The translations under genes were made by a program, and so were the position numbers. Shown piece by piece: positions 62,712 to 64,000 of a DNA stretch of 64,000 nt. The stretch's first letter is position 1, and the number at the start of each line of letters is the position of its first letter. The DNA is from Phoronis australis (Eukaryota; Animalia; Phoronida): contig NMRA01000199.1 of assembly GCA_002633005.1 (NCBI GenBank), positions 380,995-444,994 on the forward strand, read 5' to 3'. The notes below the pieces were generated by a model. The model worked only from the letters and a program-made list of their open reading frames with translations. It had not been told where the DNA came from and did not search any database.

Positions 62712-64000
62712 CCGTGTGCCGTCTGCCCCAAATAATTTGGATCGGGATTATTTTTTGCGTGTTAGTGAGACTTGGGAAAGCAAAATTCCGCGGCAAGAAA
62801 TAGTTTCCTTGGACGATTGAACTATTATGGATGCCATGTTAACCTGGCAGCTGCACGACGAACAAATTTGGATAAAACGAACAAATTTAGGAAAGTCATT
62901 CTGCTACCAGGCTGTGTTCACGTTCGCCCAATTTCAGTCAAAATACAACATTTCTTTCACTCAGAATCCCACTTTACACTTTTAAATCTACATGGCGAAT
63001 TGGCTAAAAATTATTTTCACGTTTTAGTGTTAGTAAGACCATACATTCTCAACATTTTATTATAGCCTATAAAGTGTTTTCTCATACGTAATTACAGTAT
63101 TGAAAATTCTGTTGAAAATGCTTGGAAAAAGGCACGTGTAATAGGATGAAGTTAATGCGATGAAATGTTTTCACAAATAACTAGTATTTTTAGCAGATAT
63201 GTGCATAAACTTCAAAACGAGCTATCTTTTCATCATTTCCAATGATTCTGTTTTGTAGTGCGTACAAAAATAATTATATATAGTGGATGAAATGTCTCTT
63301 TTTTGTTTGTAATAACTACATGTAGGAGTACTTAAGAACGCAATTCCCAGATAAGGTACGTTGGTGAATGTATTTTTTATACGTTAAGTTCGCCATTTAA
63401 AGTATTTATTTTAGAAAATGTTGTGATACATTCTTTAAAACTACTACCTTGGACGTTCATCCTTGAGGGAATAATTATAATAATTTATGTAAATGTATGA
63501 ATTTAGGTTTGCGGACAACTGTTCTTTATTGGACTTGCGGACTGAACCTGCCACGTGATTTGTCTGGTTATTACTTAAGATTTTCAACATTAGTTTATAT
63601 TGGTACGTCAACGTGTATAAATCAAAAGGAAATACCTGAATCTTAATGTTAAGAATGGCATCGAGTGTCCACACGCAAATTTTAAAATAATTTATTTGAT
63701 CCAAAGACTAGAGTCTGTGAGTTCTGAGCTGTGGGGCTTTAAAAATAGATTTCGTGAGTATGTCGATTCGGAAGTTTTATTTTCACACTTTCGATCTCAT
63801 TCATAAGTGTGAACGCTTAAATGAAAAAAGGTCTCGCACATTCTCGTGTAATTTTCTACAGAATTTGGTAAAAAACGATGAAATGTTAAACTTCAGCGTT
63901 CGTGGAGCTTGCGTCATTATCGATAAAAACACTGTCTCAGCCATTCTAACAGGAACTTTTTAACATTGACTACTGATACAGTGGCGGATCTAGGATATCA

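Overview
This is repeat-rich animal (invertebrate-like) genomic scaffold DNA with three N-gaps, not prokaryotic sequence. Most ORF-track entries are noise, and the real genes are spliced. Supported genes, all on the minus strand: (1) three tandem paralogues of a two-exon PHYHIP/PHYHIPL-family gene, each with a 7-nt ATG micro-exon plus one large exon encoding only the PHYHIP C-terminal domain and a variable repeat tail (copy 1 has a 1-nt frameshift, copy 2 runs into a gap, copy 3 is intact); (2) a complete three-exon, 149-aa globin with canonical B12.2/G7.0 introns but Tyr at CD1. Mobile DNA includes a 520-bp non-autonomous LTR element whose LTRs carry a tRNA-like A/B-box sequence (Helenus/Cassandra-like TRIM), a full-length decayed Academ, an ISL2EU-like and other THAP-bearing TIR elements, a Tc1/mariner-like foldback composite, Helentron/HINE-like elements with arrays of CTCF-like motifs, BEL/Pao gag and CR1/L2 LINE fragments, MITEs and minisatellites. 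All calls come from manual reading; no database searches were run.
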